Source of the DNA: Faecousia sp.
GTDB lineage: Bacteria > Bacillota > Clostridia > Oscillospirales > Oscillospiraceae
Assembly (NCBI GenBank): GCA_045537035.1
Contig: JAZSOR010000031.1
Coordinates: forward strand, 582-64,581
Direction of reading: 5' to 3'
Length of the DNA: 64,000 nucleotides
Below are positions 35,293-44,808 of the stretch, piece by piece. The notes beneath the pieces are model-generated. The model was given only the letters and a program-made list of their open reading frames with translations. It did no database searches and was not told the DNA's origin. Position numbers and translations under genes: made by a program. How positions within the stretch are numbered: the stretch's first letter is position 1; the number at the start of each line of letters is the position of its first letter.

Positions 35293-35723
35293 TCCTTTCT
35301 GAGTATCAAAGCATCCTCTCGGGGATTTGCATAGTAATTCGGTCTGCGTCCGACCTGAGTGAATCCTAGTTTCTCATAAAGAGAAATTGCCGGCTCATTA
35401 GAGGCGCGTACTTCCAATGTCAGACAGTAGACATCACGGCTGCGCAAATGATCTATCAAAGTCGTTACAAGCAGTTTAGCAATTCCATTCCGGCGAAATT
35501 GCGGATCGACAGCTAAATTCATCATATCCGCCTCTCCCAAAACAGATTGAGAGCCTACATAACCGGCTACTGTATCACCATCCGCAGCAACGATCCATGT
35601 AGAAAGCGGATTCGTGAGTTCATCAGTAATGGACCGCAAACTCCAAGGAGAACTGAAACAGCGTTTTTCCAATTCCGCCACCTGCGCCGTATGGGCGTCA
35701 TTCATTAATTCATATTTCATCAT
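35280..35723 (-). CDS. rimI: RimI-family N-acetyltransferase
   Basis: FSSPWS, NLAVDPQFRRNGIA, LEVRASN, RRPNYY...EDALI. Confidence 0.93.
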   Translation of the reverse strand: MMKYELMNDAHTAQVAELEKRCFSSPWSLRSITDELTNPLSTWIVAADGDTVAGYVGSQSVLGEADMMNLAVDPQFRRNGIAKLLVTTLIDHLRSRDVYCLTLEVRASNEPAISLYEKLGFTQVGRRPNYYANPREDALILRKEWNL

Positions 35724-38251
35724 TTTGCCTCATACCAGCTTTTACCCCATTTGGCTTCTGCCAAAAGCGGCACATGCAGCTCAGACACCTGCTGCATTTC
35801 AAAACTAACAAGCTCCGCAACCTCTGCTGCAATCTCTTCCGGACACTCTACGATCAGTTCGTCGTGGACCTGCAGAAGAAGCCTGCTCTGGGGATACTTT
35901 TGTGCCAGCGCAGCATCCACACGGATCATTGCCATTTTGATAAGATCTGCTGCCGTGCCCTGAATCGGCGTATTGAGGGCGATACGCTCCGCGCCCTGAC
36001 GGATATTAAAATTACTGCTGGTCAGCTCCGGAATGTATCTGCGGCGTCCGTAGAGGGTCTTTGTATAACCGTCTTTTCTCGCATCTGCCACCACCTGCTT
36101 CATATACTCACGGACACCGTGATAATGGGCAAGATAGTTATTGATATATTCCTTTGCATCATAGCGGCTGACACCGATATCCTCAGCCAAAGAGAATTCC
36201 GAGATGCCATAGACGATTCCGAAGTTAACAGCCTTTGCGTGGCGTCTCTGAAGCGCCGTAACAGCCTCAGGGGCCACGCCAAAGACCTGAGACGCAGTGA
36301 CTGTGTGAATATCCATACCGCCTGCAAAAGCCGCCTGCATGGCTTCGTCCCCGGCAATATGTGCCAGGACACGCAGCTCGATCTGGCTATAGTCCGCATC
36401 CACCAGCACGCAGCCGGACTTGGGAATAAACATCTTCCGTATTTCAGCGCCCAAATCCGTACGGACCGGAATATTCTGCAAATTCGGCTCTGTGGAAGAA
36501 AGTCGGCCGGTTGCGGTGACAAGGTTTTGGAAGGTTGTGTGAATACGACCGTCGCTGCCGATCACTTTCATAAGTCCGTCAGCGTAAGTGGAATTCAGTT
36601 TGGTCAGCATCCGATAGTCCATGATCGCAGGAATGATCGGATGCTTATTCTTCAGTTTTTCCAAAACATCAGCATTGGTGGAATAGCCGGTCTTTGTCTT
36701 TTTCACCGGCGGCAAACCCAATTTTTCAAACAGAAGTTCACCCAGCTGCTTGGTAGAATTGATATTAAAAGGCTCACCGGCATAGGAGAAGATCAACGAT
36801 TCACAATCGGCGATCCTGCGCGTCAGCATATCGCCAAACTGGGCAAGCTGCTCTTTATCAATAGCAATACCGGCCTTTTCCATGCGGTAAAGTACCGGAC
36901 ACAAAGGAAGCTCCAACTCATAATACAGTTTCTTCATCTGATGCCGTTCCAGTTCTGCATCCAAAACGCCGCGGAGATTCCATAAAGCCTCGGCAGCCGC
37001 CGCAGCATCCCCGTCATCAACACTTGTACACAAAAAGTTGGTAGCCAACTTGGAAACAGAGTAGTCTGACTGCGACGGATTCAAGTCGTAAGCCGCAAGA
37101 GCTGTATCAAATGCGAAATCCCCATGGGGTAGACCTAAACTGTCCAAGGTATGGAGCGTTTGTTTCAGGTCATGGCAAATACCCTTTGCCGCGCTTCCAA
37201 GCAGGCTGTAAAGATACTGCGCCTCCATAGGCGTAACCACGCAAACGCCGGCCTCCCAGGCAAAGCCTACAGACCCATCCGGTGCGATATACAATGCATA
37301 TTGTTCGCAAGAATCCGGCAGTTGTGCTGCTCTCGGTAAGGTAACGCCCGTTTTCTTTTGCACAGGCATTTCCAGTTCTGCGCCCCGCAGACCATATCTG
37401 TCGATCAGACGCACGAATTCAAGGCGGGTAAACAACTGGAACAGTTTTACCCGGTCATGGGGTGCAACGATTGCATCCTGGGGTGCAAAATCAATGGGTG
37501 CATTGGTGCGGATCGTTGCCAGATCATAGGACAAATATGCGCTTTCCTTACCGGCTTCCAGCTTCTCACGAAGCTTCGGACGAATGGTCGGATCATCGAG
37601 ATTTGCATAGAGGTTATCCAGTGTGCCGAATTTCTGCAGTAATTCCGTTGCTGTCTTGGGACCTACACCGGCAACACCGGGAATATTATCTGATGAATCT
37701 CCCATCAATGCCTTTAAATCCACCATCTGCGGAGGATCAAATCCGTACTCTTCCCGGAATTTCTCCACATCAAACAGCGTTGCTGTGGTCTGACCCGGCT
37801 TGGAGATCACAAGTTTCACGCGCACATGCTCATCGATCAGCTGCAGGCTGTCCCGGTCACCGGTAACGATCACACATTCCCAATCATTAGCGCCGCAGAC
37901 TTTGCCAACTGTGCCGATCACATCGTCCGCTTCCCAACCCTGACATTCGTAGATTGGAATATTCATCGCCGTGAGTACCTGCTTCATAACAGGCATCTGC
38001 TGAGCAAGCTCTTCCGGCATTGCATGGCGCGTTGCCTTATAACCCTCGTACTTTTCATGGCGGAAAGTAGGACCGTGCAGGTCAAAAGCCACGCACACCG
38101 CTTCCGGCTGCTCCTCTTTTTCCACTTTTTCCAAAATGTTGAGGAATCCGTAGATGGCATGTGTATACAGTCCGTCCCGTGTTGTCAGCGGCCTGACACC
38201 GTAGTACGCGCGGTTGATAACACTGTTGCCATCAAGAATCAAAAGCTTCAT
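35720..38251 (-). CDS. polA: DNA polymerase I
   Basis: DGNSVINRAYY, GDSSDNIPGV.GVGPKTA, TGRLSSTEPNLQNIP, DYSQIELR, KAVNFGIVYG, QVHDEL. Confidence 0.98.
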   Translation of the reverse strand: MKLLILDGNSVINRAYYGVRPLTTRDGLYTHAIYGFLNILEKVEKEEQPEAVCVAFDLHGPTFRHEKYEGYKATRHAMPEELAQQMPVMKQVLTAMNIPIYECQGWEADDVIGTVGKVCGANDWECVIVTGDRDSLQLIDEHVRVKLVISKPGQTTATLFDVEKFREEYGFDPPQMVDLKALMGDSSDNIPGVAGVGPKTATELLQKFGTLDNLYANLDDPTIRPKLREKLEAGKESAYLSYDLATIRTNAPIDFAPQDAIVAPHDRVKLFQLFTRLEFVRLIDRYGLRGAELEMPVQKKTGVTLPRAAQLPDSCEQYALYIAPDGSVGFAWEAGVCVVTPMEAQYLYSLLGSAAKGICHDLKQTLHTLDSLGLPHGDFAFDTALAAYDLNPSQSDYSVSKLATNFLCTSVDDGDAAAAAEALWNLRGVLDAELERHQMKKLYYELELPLCPVLYRMEKAGIAIDKEQLAQFGDMLTRRIADCESLIFSYAGEPFNINSTKQLGELLFEKLGLPPVKKTKTGYSTNADVLEKLKNKHPIIPAIMDYRMLTKLNSTYADGLMKVIGSDGRIHTTFQNLVTATGRLSSTEPNLQNIPVRTDLGAEIRKMFIPKSGCVLVDADYSQIELRVLAHIAGDEAMQAAFAGGMDIHTVTASQVFGVAPEAVTALQRRHAKAVNFGIVYGISEFSLAEDIGVSRYDAKEYINNYLAHYHGVREYMKQVVADARKDGYTKTLYGRRRYIPELTSSNFNIRQGAERIALNTPIQGTAADLIKMAMIRVDAALAQKYPQSRLLLQVHDELIVECPEEIAAEVAELVSFEMQQVSELHVPLLAEAKWGKSWYEAK

Positions 38252-39666
38252 ACTTTTCTCCACTTGGCACCCTGGGGGGTGTCGATAATTTCAATACCGC
38301 GGGACTTCAATTCGTCCCGGATACGGTCAGCTTCCGCATAATTCTTTGCTTTCTTTGCTTCCGTACGAGCAAGGACCAGTGCATCGATCTCGGGATCGGC
38401 AGAAGCCGCCTCTTCTTCAGCTGCCTTTTGACGCAGCTTATTTGCCGCTTCGATCAGATTCAGACTCAGCACCTGATCAAAGTCCTGAAGCGCAGCAAGC
38501 TTTGTGGTGTCGTTAGTCTTCGCCTTCAAAACATCGTATACAGCAGTTACAGCCAGAGAGGTATTCAGATCGCCATTCAAGGCTGTGGCAAACCGCTCTT
38601 TAAGACCTGCAAGTGCTTCTTCGTCGATACCGCCGTCTCCGTCTTTGAGGGTAGCGATCTTAGCAATCAGTTTCTGATAGGCGACCGTAGCATTATCAAG
38701 ATTCTCCCAGCTGAATACCAGATTTCTGCGATAATGGCTCTGCAGGCAGAACAGGCGGTATGCCATGGGGTCATATCCTTTCTGCTCCAAAAGGCTGACT
38801 GTCAGGAACTCGCCCTTGGACTTAGACATTTTACCGTCATCGGTATTGAGATGATGCACATGGAACCAGTAGTTACACCACTTATGCCCAAGGAAGCTCT
38901 CCGATTGGGCGATCTCATTGGTGTGGTGGGGAAATGCGTTGTCAATACCGCCGGCATGGATATCCAGGTCCTCACCCAGATACTTCATGGAAATACCGGA
39001 GCACTCAATGTGCCAGCCGGGATAGCCCACACCCCAGGGAGAGTCCCATTTCAGCGCCTGGTCTTCAAACTTGGACTTTGTAAACCACAGCACAAAGTCG
39101 TTCTTATTGCGCTTATTGGTATCTTCTTCCACGCCTTCACGGACGCCGATGGCAAGATCTTCCTCATCGTGATCGTTAAAGACATAATATTTGTCCAGCT
39201 TGGAAGTATCAAAGTACACATTGCCGCCGGCAACATAGGCAAAGCCCTTTTCAAGCAAGCCTTCAACAATCTTGATAAATTCAGGTATGCAGCCGGTTGC
39301 AGGCTGGATGACCTCAGGCTTTTTGATGTTCAGCTTTTCGCAATCGGCAAAGAATGCGTCGGTATAATACTGGGCGATCTCCATAACGGACTTGTTCTCG
39401 CGCTTTGCGCCCTTGAGCATTTTATCCTCGCCGGTATCCGCATCGGAAGCCAGGTGGCCCACATCCGTAATGTTCATCACGCGCATCACATTGTAACCCA
39501 TATAACGAAGGGCCTTTTCAAGCACATCCTCCATGATATAGGTTCTCAAGTTACCGATGTGCGCAAAATGATACACAGTAGGTCCGCAGGTATACATTTT
39601 TACCACATCCGGGGAATTGGGCTGAAACAGTTCCTTTTTATGGGACAGAGAATTATAAAGATACAT
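38248..39666 (-). CDS. cysS: Cysteine-tRNA ligase
   Basis: MYTCGPTVY, HIGN, PGWHIECS, HHTNEIAQ, KMSKS. Confidence 0.98.
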   Translation of the reverse strand: MYLYNSLSHKKELFQPNSPDVVKMYTCGPTVYHFAHIGNLRTYIMEDVLEKALRYMGYNVMRVMNITDVGHLASDADTGEDKMLKGAKRENKSVMEIAQYYTDAFFADCEKLNIKKPEVIQPATGCIPEFIKIVEGLLEKGFAYVAGGNVYFDTSKLDKYYVFNDHDEEDLAIGVREGVEEDTNKRNKNDFVLWFTKSKFEDQALKWDSPWGVGYPGWHIECSGISMKYLGEDLDIHAGGIDNAFPHHTNEIAQSESFLGHKWCNYWFHVHHLNTDDGKMSKSKGEFLTVSLLEQKGYDPMAYRLFCLQSHYRRNLVFSWENLDNATVAYQKLIAKIATLKDGDGGIDEEALAGLKERFATALNGDLNTSLAVTAVYDVLKAKTNDTTKLAALQDFDQVLSLNLIEAANKLRQKAAEEEAASADPEIDALVLARTEAKKAKNYAEADRIRDELKSRGIEIIDTPQGAKWRKV

Positions 39667-39698
39667 ATGTTTTTCCTCCAATATGCTTATATTACTTA

Positions 39699-39890
39699 AT
39701 AAAAAACACCTCTTGCGCCAAGGCACAAGAGGCGGGTCATACAACTCGCGGTTCCACTCTCATTTATTACTCTTAAAGTGTTCGCTCACGGATGCACTTT
39801 CCCGTTCCGACACCGCCTGAGCTCACAGCCAACGACTCAGACTCTCTGCAGGATATAGAACGCTACTCTTTCCGGTCACAGCGATATTGA
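39699..39890 (-). ncRNA. T-box riboswitch (Cys)
   Basis: Minus strand AG box CAGAGAG, specifier TGC (39794-96), T-box AAATGAGAGTGGAACCGCG (39747-65), terminator CCTCTTG/CAAGAGG plus T-run; TTGACA/TAAAAT promoter upstream. Confidence 0.92.
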
Positions 39891-40013
39891 ATTTATAGTA
39901 TTTTATCATTAATTGGTATTCATTGTCAATGTTCAAATATCACACAATCCGTTGATATATAGAACAAAATGTGCTATAATTTACAAAACGAAACAATATA
40001 ACGAGGTTTTCAA

Positions 40014-41198
40014 ATGAAAAAGCTTCTGATCGTAATATCTTTCCTTTGTATCATTGCATTATCGGCAGGCTGTTTAAGACCAACTATATCATATACTCCA
40101 AAAGAAACCGCTGAAAGTACAACAGAGACAACAGCACCAAATGGACAGATCACATATGAGCAAAAGCCCATGTACGCTGTTTCTGTACCCACCGTAACAG
40201 AATGCGAAACCGCTTCAGACGGCACGGTGCTTTTTGAATACACCTACCAAAATATCTCTCTTATTCACCCTGAGCCGGAAGTGGCTGATAAAGTGATCGT
40301 TGATTTCCTGAACAGAATCGACCAAACCGCTTCCTCCGCAGAATCTATCCGCGCCGCAGCCAAAGCGGCATATGCACCCGGAACTGCATGGACTCCCTAC
40401 ATGGCGCAGATCACTTATTCGCCTATGCGGATCGACAACGGGGTTCTCAGTTTTTTAGGGTCTTACAGCAGTTACAGCGGCTCTTCACATCCGGAGCACA
40501 GCTATCTTTCTGTAAGCTATGATCTTATAACCGGCAACGCGCTGTCTCTTTCCGATATATTAACCGAAAAGGCAGATGCCAATACGCTGGTAGATTTGAT
40601 TACCCAATCGCTGGAGGGAAACGATCAGCTTTACGGGCATTTCAAAGATGTCATTAAAGACCGTTTTCAGCATGGATATGAAAATGATACATTTTGGTAT
40701 TTCTCAACAAATGGCCTGCAATTCTATTTCTCTCCATATGAAATTGCCCCCTATTCTGCAGGTCTTATTGTCGCGGAGATCCCCTACGATAAGCTGCCGG
40801 GTGTTTTAGATGATGCCTATTTCCCTGCAGAACTGGATGCGGTTGCCGGTGAATTATCGGTTACTAAATTTGATAATACAGCAGAAAACACATTTACCCA
40901 ATTTGCCGAGGTGATCCTCGACGAAAGCGGAGAAATGATCCTGCTGCATTCGGATATCCCGGTCTGCAATTTGCGTTTAGAAACCGGCTTGTGGAACGAT
41001 GATGCAACTGTGTTTTTAGTAAAGAACACTGTCTTTGCCGCATATATGCTCACCCCCGGCGATGCAGTTATGATTCAAAGTGTCTTTGGCGAAGTTATGC
41101 CGGAACATAAGCTGACATACGATTCCGCAGGTAAAACTGTCAGCAGATATATCTTGCTAAGTGGTAAAGATGGCAGCCCAATCCTTACAGAACAGTGA
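40014..41198 (+). CDS. Lipoprotein with DUF4163/DUF3298 (RsiV/PdaC-like) domains
   Basis: Lipobox SAGC; YSGSSHP, SYDLITGNALSLSDI, FYFSPYEIAPYSAG..EIPY. Confidence 0.8.
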   Translation: MKKLLIVISFLCIIALSAGCLRPTISYTPKETAESTTETTAPNGQITYEQKPMYAVSVPTVTECETASDGTVLFEYTYQNISLIHPEPEVADKVIVDFLNRIDQTASSAESIRAAAKAAYAPGTAWTPYMAQITYSPMRIDNGVLSFLGSYSSYSGSSHPEHSYLSVSYDLITGNALSLSDILTEKADANTLVDLITQSLEGNDQLYGHFKDVIKDRFQHGYENDTFWYFSTNGLQFYFSPYEIAPYSAGLIVAEIPYDKLPGVLDDAYFPAELDAVAGELSVTKFDNTAENTFTQFAEVILDESGEMILLHSDIPVCNLRLETGLWNDDATVFLVKNTVFAAYMLTPGDAVMIQSVFGEVMPEHKLTYDSAGKTVSRYILLSGKDGSPILTEQ

Positions 41199-41217
41199 TT
41201 TACAGCACCTGATTCCT

Positions 41218-42579
41218 TCAGGTGCTGTTTTTATACTCTCTTGTCAGTTTTTCAACCATCGGCGATAAGTAAGCCAACGCAACGAGATTTGGGATCGCCA
41301 TCAGTCCGTTGACTGTTTCAGAGAGCATCCACACTGTTCCCGTTTGCATGACAGCACCCAGTATCACGGTAATGCCCTGAATATAAACAAATTTCTTCCA
41401 GGCACCGTCACCGAACAAATATTGGGCGCTGCGCATACCGTACAAACCCCATCCGAGAATCGTAGCGACCGCAAAGCAGCATAGCGCAAGCGCAATAGGA
41501 ATACTGATCCAATCTCCATATACAGCGCCGAATGCTTGGGTTGTCAAGACGGCCCCTGCATCTTTTCCGTACGGAATTTCAATCCCACTGCACAATATCA
41601 CCAAAGCCGTTACAGTACATATCACGATCGTATCTAAGAAAACCTCCATAATACCCATCATGCCTTGTTTCACCGGATGGTTCACATCTGCCGCGGCATG
41701 CGCAATGGCCGCCGTTCCCATACCGGCTTCATTTGTAAAAACACCTCTGGATGCGCCAATACGAAGGGCTGTGAAGGCAGATCCGATCAGACCGCCAGTC
41801 ACTGCTGTCGGTGAAAACGCACCCTTTAAGATCATAGCAAGAGCCTCGGGAATTTTATCCGCTCGCACAATCAATACAACGATACCCAACAGAATATAAA
41901 CCACAGAAGCAAAGGGAACCAGCATTTCTGCAACCTCGCCGATCCTTTTTGCGCCGCCTAACAAGATCGCTGTAATAAGAACAGACAGAATCACCCCCAC
42001 AATCATACCGGTAACCCAAGTCTGGCGACCACCGAAATAACTGACAACACTGCTGACACCCCCTGCAACAGCATTCACCTGCGTTGCGTTTCCCACACCA
42101 AAGGACGCGACCACAGCAAAAATGCTGTAAACACCGGCAAGTGCCGACCAACGCTTTCCCATTCCCCTCTCGATATATTGCATCGGTCCGCCGATGTACT
42201 CCCCGTTCTTCCCTTTGCTTCGAAAACGAACAGCCAAGGTAGCTTCTGCATATTTTGTGACCATACCCAATACCGCGCAGATCCACATCCAAAAAATGGA
42301 GCCCGGTCCACCGATACAAATTGCACCTGCTACGCCGGCGATATTTCCCGTACCAACAGTGGCTGCCAAAGCTGTACATAATGAGCGGTAAGGAGAAATT
42401 GAACTGCTGCGTGTGTTCTTTCCCTTGAACTGTTGAATAAAGTTACGGACCGCTGCAGGGAAAAGCCGAACCTGCGCAAATCCGGTTCGCACAGACAAGT
42501 AGATCCCTACACCCAATATCATAATGAGTGCAGGTATTCCCCAAACAAATCCATTGACCCATTCTAACAGCTTTACCAT
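41218..42579 (-). CDS. Sodium:alanine/glycine symporter (AGCS family)
   Basis: ALAATVGTGNIAGVA, GGPGSIFWMW, RGVFTNEAGMG, DTIVICTVTA, NGLMAIPNL. Confidence 0.95.
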   Translation of the reverse strand: MVKLLEWVNGFVWGIPALIMILGVGIYLSVRTGFAQVRLFPAAVRNFIQQFKGKNTRSSSISPYRSLCTALAATVGTGNIAGVAGAICIGGPGSIFWMWICAVLGMVTKYAEATLAVRFRSKGKNGEYIGGPMQYIERGMGKRWSALAGVYSIFAVVASFGVGNATQVNAVAGGVSSVVSYFGGRQTWVTGMIVGVILSVLITAILLGGAKRIGEVAEMLVPFASVVYILLGIVVLIVRADKIPEALAMILKGAFSPTAVTGGLIGSAFTALRIGASRGVFTNEAGMGTAAIAHAAADVNHPVKQGMMGIMEVFLDTIVICTVTALVILCSGIEIPYGKDAGAVLTTQAFGAVYGDWISIPIALALCCFAVATILGWGLYGMRSAQYLFGDGAWKKFVYIQGITVILGAVMQTGTVWMLSETVNGLMAIPNLVALAYLSPMVEKLTREYKNST

Positions 42580-42595
42580 TTTCTGCCTCCAAATA

Positions 42596-42629
42596 AAAAA
42601 GCAGCTCCTCTACACGAGGAACTGCTTTT
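42596..42629 (-). terminator. Terminator after the ArsC-family gene
   Basis: Minus strand AAAAGCAGTTCCTC-gtgta-GAGGAGCTGCTTTTTT. Confidence 0.75.
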
Positions 42630-42632
42630 GTG

Positions 42633-42974
42633 TTATTCCCATTGCGCCCAAACTTCCGGACAATACCCCACGGTCACCTGCTTGCCGTTTCGCACGATGG
42701 GCGTGCGCATAAGCTCAGGCGCATCAAAGACCTTATCTTCCTTGGCTCTGACATCGTCCATGTATTTCATAAGCGTTACATCTGAAGCCTTGCTTTCCCA
42801 ATCAATCAGATTGTCAATCCCACCGACGCCGCGCAAAACAGCATCAAACTCTTTACCGGACAATCCGTAACGGAGCAAGTCCACATATTGATACTTTATG
42901 CGCCGTTCTTTAAAATATCTCTCTGCCTTCTTAGTATCGAAGCATTTATTGCGTCCAAAAATCTGTATATTCAA
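42633..42974 (-). CDS. ArsC/Spx-family thioredoxin-fold protein
   Basis: TTG start after GGAGG; NIQIFGRNKCFDTKKAERYFKER, LMRTPIVRNG. Confidence 0.88.
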   Translation of the reverse strand: MNIQIFGRNKCFDTKKAERYFKERRIKYQYVDLLRYGLSGKEFDAVLRGVGGIDNLIDWESKASDVTLMKYMDDVRAKEDKVFDAPELMRTPIVRNGKQVTVGYCPEVWAQWE

Positions 42975-43705
42975 TAGGTTACCTCCATCAAGCAAAGTCC
43001 GCAGGCAGGAACCGCAGGACCGGCATCTGCGCGAACACCGCCGAATAAGCTGGCAATACTTTCAGCGCTACGCTCACCTTTACCAACCTGCAACAGAGTG
43101 CCGACCATGATGCGAACCATATGTTGTAAAAAGCCGTTGCCGGTAACAGTAAAGGCGATCTCATCGCCGGTTTGTTCAATATCAAAGGAAAATATTGTAC
43201 GGACAGTGGACTTTTTCATATTTTTATTTCCGCAGAATGCAGAGAAATCGTGTGTTCCGATGTAAAACGCAGCGGCGTGACGCATTTTCGCAACATCAAG
43301 CTCTGAGGAATCTTTGAATACATACCTTCGATCAAAAACACAAGGATTCTCACTGTTCCACACACGGTAACGGTAGGTTTTGGTCCGGGCATTTAACCGG
43401 GCATGAAAGCGTTCAGAGACATTTTTACATGTGTAGACACCAATATCCTCCGGAAGATATTTCCGCAAGCCGTCGAGTATTTCATCGCAGGGCATTGTGC
43501 TCAAACAGTGAAAATTGACTACCTGGTACATTGCATGGGTGCCGGCATCCGTTCTTCCGCTGCCCACAACCTCAATTTTCTCACCGAGCAATTTAGATAG
43601 GATCTGCTCCAGTTTTCCCTGAACGGTCAGTTCATTTCCGGGAAGTCTTTGCCAGCCTTTATACTTTGTTCCGTCGTAACAAATATCAAGCCGCAGATTT
43701 CTCAT
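42971..43705 (-). CDS. truA: tRNA pseudouridine(38-40) synthase
   Basis: YDGTKYKGWQ, GSGRTDAGTHA, FHAR, GTHDFSAF, GFLQHMVR. Confidence 0.96.
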   Translation of the reverse strand: MRNLRLDICYDGTKYKGWQRLPGNELTVQGKLEQILSKLLGEKIEVVGSGRTDAGTHAMYQVVNFHCLSTMPCDEILDGLRKYLPEDIGVYTCKNVSERFHARLNARTKTYRYRVWNSENPCVFDRRYVFKDSSELDVAKMRHAAAFYIGTHDFSAFCGNKNMKKSTVRTIFSFDIEQTGDEIAFTVTGNGFLQHMVRIMVGTLLQVGKGERSAESIASLFGGVRADAGPAVPACGLCLMEVTY

Positions 43706-43814
43706 AGAATTCCAGTTCCTCTCGCGCTTCTTTCTCGCTGTCCGCAGAAAACAAAAAGTTTCCGCAGCAGTCATACACCTGAATATGTCCTTGTACATTT
43801 TTCAAGCTAAACAT
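43686..43814 (-). CDS. Unannotated 42-aa small protein overlapping the truA start
   Basis: SD AAAGGGTG; MFSLKNVQGHIQVYDCCGNFLFSADSEKEAREELEFYEKSAA; fills the gap between the hydrolase and truA and overlaps truA by 20 nt. Confidence 0.7.
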   Translation of the reverse strand: MFSLKNVQGHIQVYDCCGNFLFSADSEKEAREELEFYEKSAA

Positions 43815-43878
43815 TGCCATCACCCTTTCGGTTTGTATGGCAACAGTATAACCTGTTAAATGTACAATAAATCGTACT

Positions 43879-44808
43879 TTATCGATCCTCGATCACCGAT
43901 TGCATCCACTGCGCAATATGGGCAAATATTTCATCTCGGTTGATCTCATTGAGGATCTCATGTCTGCAAAGGGGATAAATAGTTGTCTTTACATTACAAA
44001 TTCCGGCATCTGCAAAAGCGGATGCAATTTTTCGCACGCCTTCTGAGTAGCTTCCCACCGGATCATCGCCACCGGCTACCAAAAGGATCGGTAACTGCTT
44101 GTTGATTCTTGCGATATTCTCCGGATTTTGAATATAACGGATGCCCGTAAGCATATCACGCATCAAGCCGGTCGTGATCTGGTGGGAACATAACGGATCA
44201 TTGATCAGCGCATCAACTACATTCCGGTCACGGCAGACCCAATCATATGGCGTTCTGTAATGCTCCACACGCAGATTGTAAGCGCCAAAGACCAGTTTCA
44301 GCAATCTGGCGCTTGTCTGCGTTTCTCCGGAAATGCGGCAGGCGGCATTGCAAATACGAACACCGGCTGAAAGCGCTTTATCCGATTGCCATCCGGAGCC
44401 GCACAAAACACAACCGGAAATTCCGCATTCCGGATACTTCTGCAATATGGTTTCCGCCATAAAAGAACCCATGGAGTGACCGAAGAGGATATACGGAAGA
44501 TCCGGAAATTCTTCCCGGATCATTTTCAGTAGCTGGTAGGAATCATCCACTGCATGAAACCAACCACCGCTAAAATAACCCCTGAGGTCATCATCTGATG
44601 AAGAAAGACCGTGCCCCATGTGATCTTCCGCAACAACTAAAAAACCTAAGTCTGTCAAGTATTTCGCAAACGCATCATACCTTGCACCATAGTCAGCAAT
44701 TCCATGGATGATCTGCACGATTCCAACGGGTTTGGCAGGACCCTCCCATCTATATGCATGGATCTGGCCTGCGCCGCAGGATGGATAGTAGAAGTCCTTC
44801 AGCATCAT
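43879..44808 (-). CDS. Alpha/beta hydrolase (lysophospholipase-like)
   Basis: IIHGIAD, DHMGHG, GHSMG nucleophile elbow, GGDDPV, RHEILNE. Confidence 0.92.
   Translation of the reverse strand: MMLKDFYYPSCGAGQIHAYRWEGPAKPVGIVQIIHGIADYGARYDAFAKYLTDLGFLVVAEDHMGHGLSSSDDDLRGYFSGGWFHAVDDSYQLLKMIREEFPDLPYILFGHSMGSFMAETILQKYPECGISGCVLCGSGWQSDKALSAGVRICNAACRISGETQTSARLLKLVFGAYNLRVEHYRTPYDWVCRDRNVVDALINDPLCSHQITTGLMRDMLTGIRYIQNPENIARINKQLPILLVAGGDDPVGSYSEGVRKIASAFADAGICNVKTTIYPLCRHEILNEINRDEIFAHIAQWMQSVIEDR

Noticed and set aside
34267-35723. rimI-tsaD without tsaB/tsaE
   Set aside because: Ordinary operon shuffling; the partners are probably elsewhere.
38428-39699. Long antisense ORFs (423 aa opposite cysS; also 35774-36985, 54195-55415, 55846-56880, 9341-10348, 6896-7777)
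   Set aside because: In-register shadows of conserved genes with biased codon use; no SD, motifs or protein-like composition.
42580-42632. Possible glycine riboswitch before the AGCS symporter
   Set aside because: The gap is only about 50 nt and holds just a terminator and SD; no aptamer motifs.
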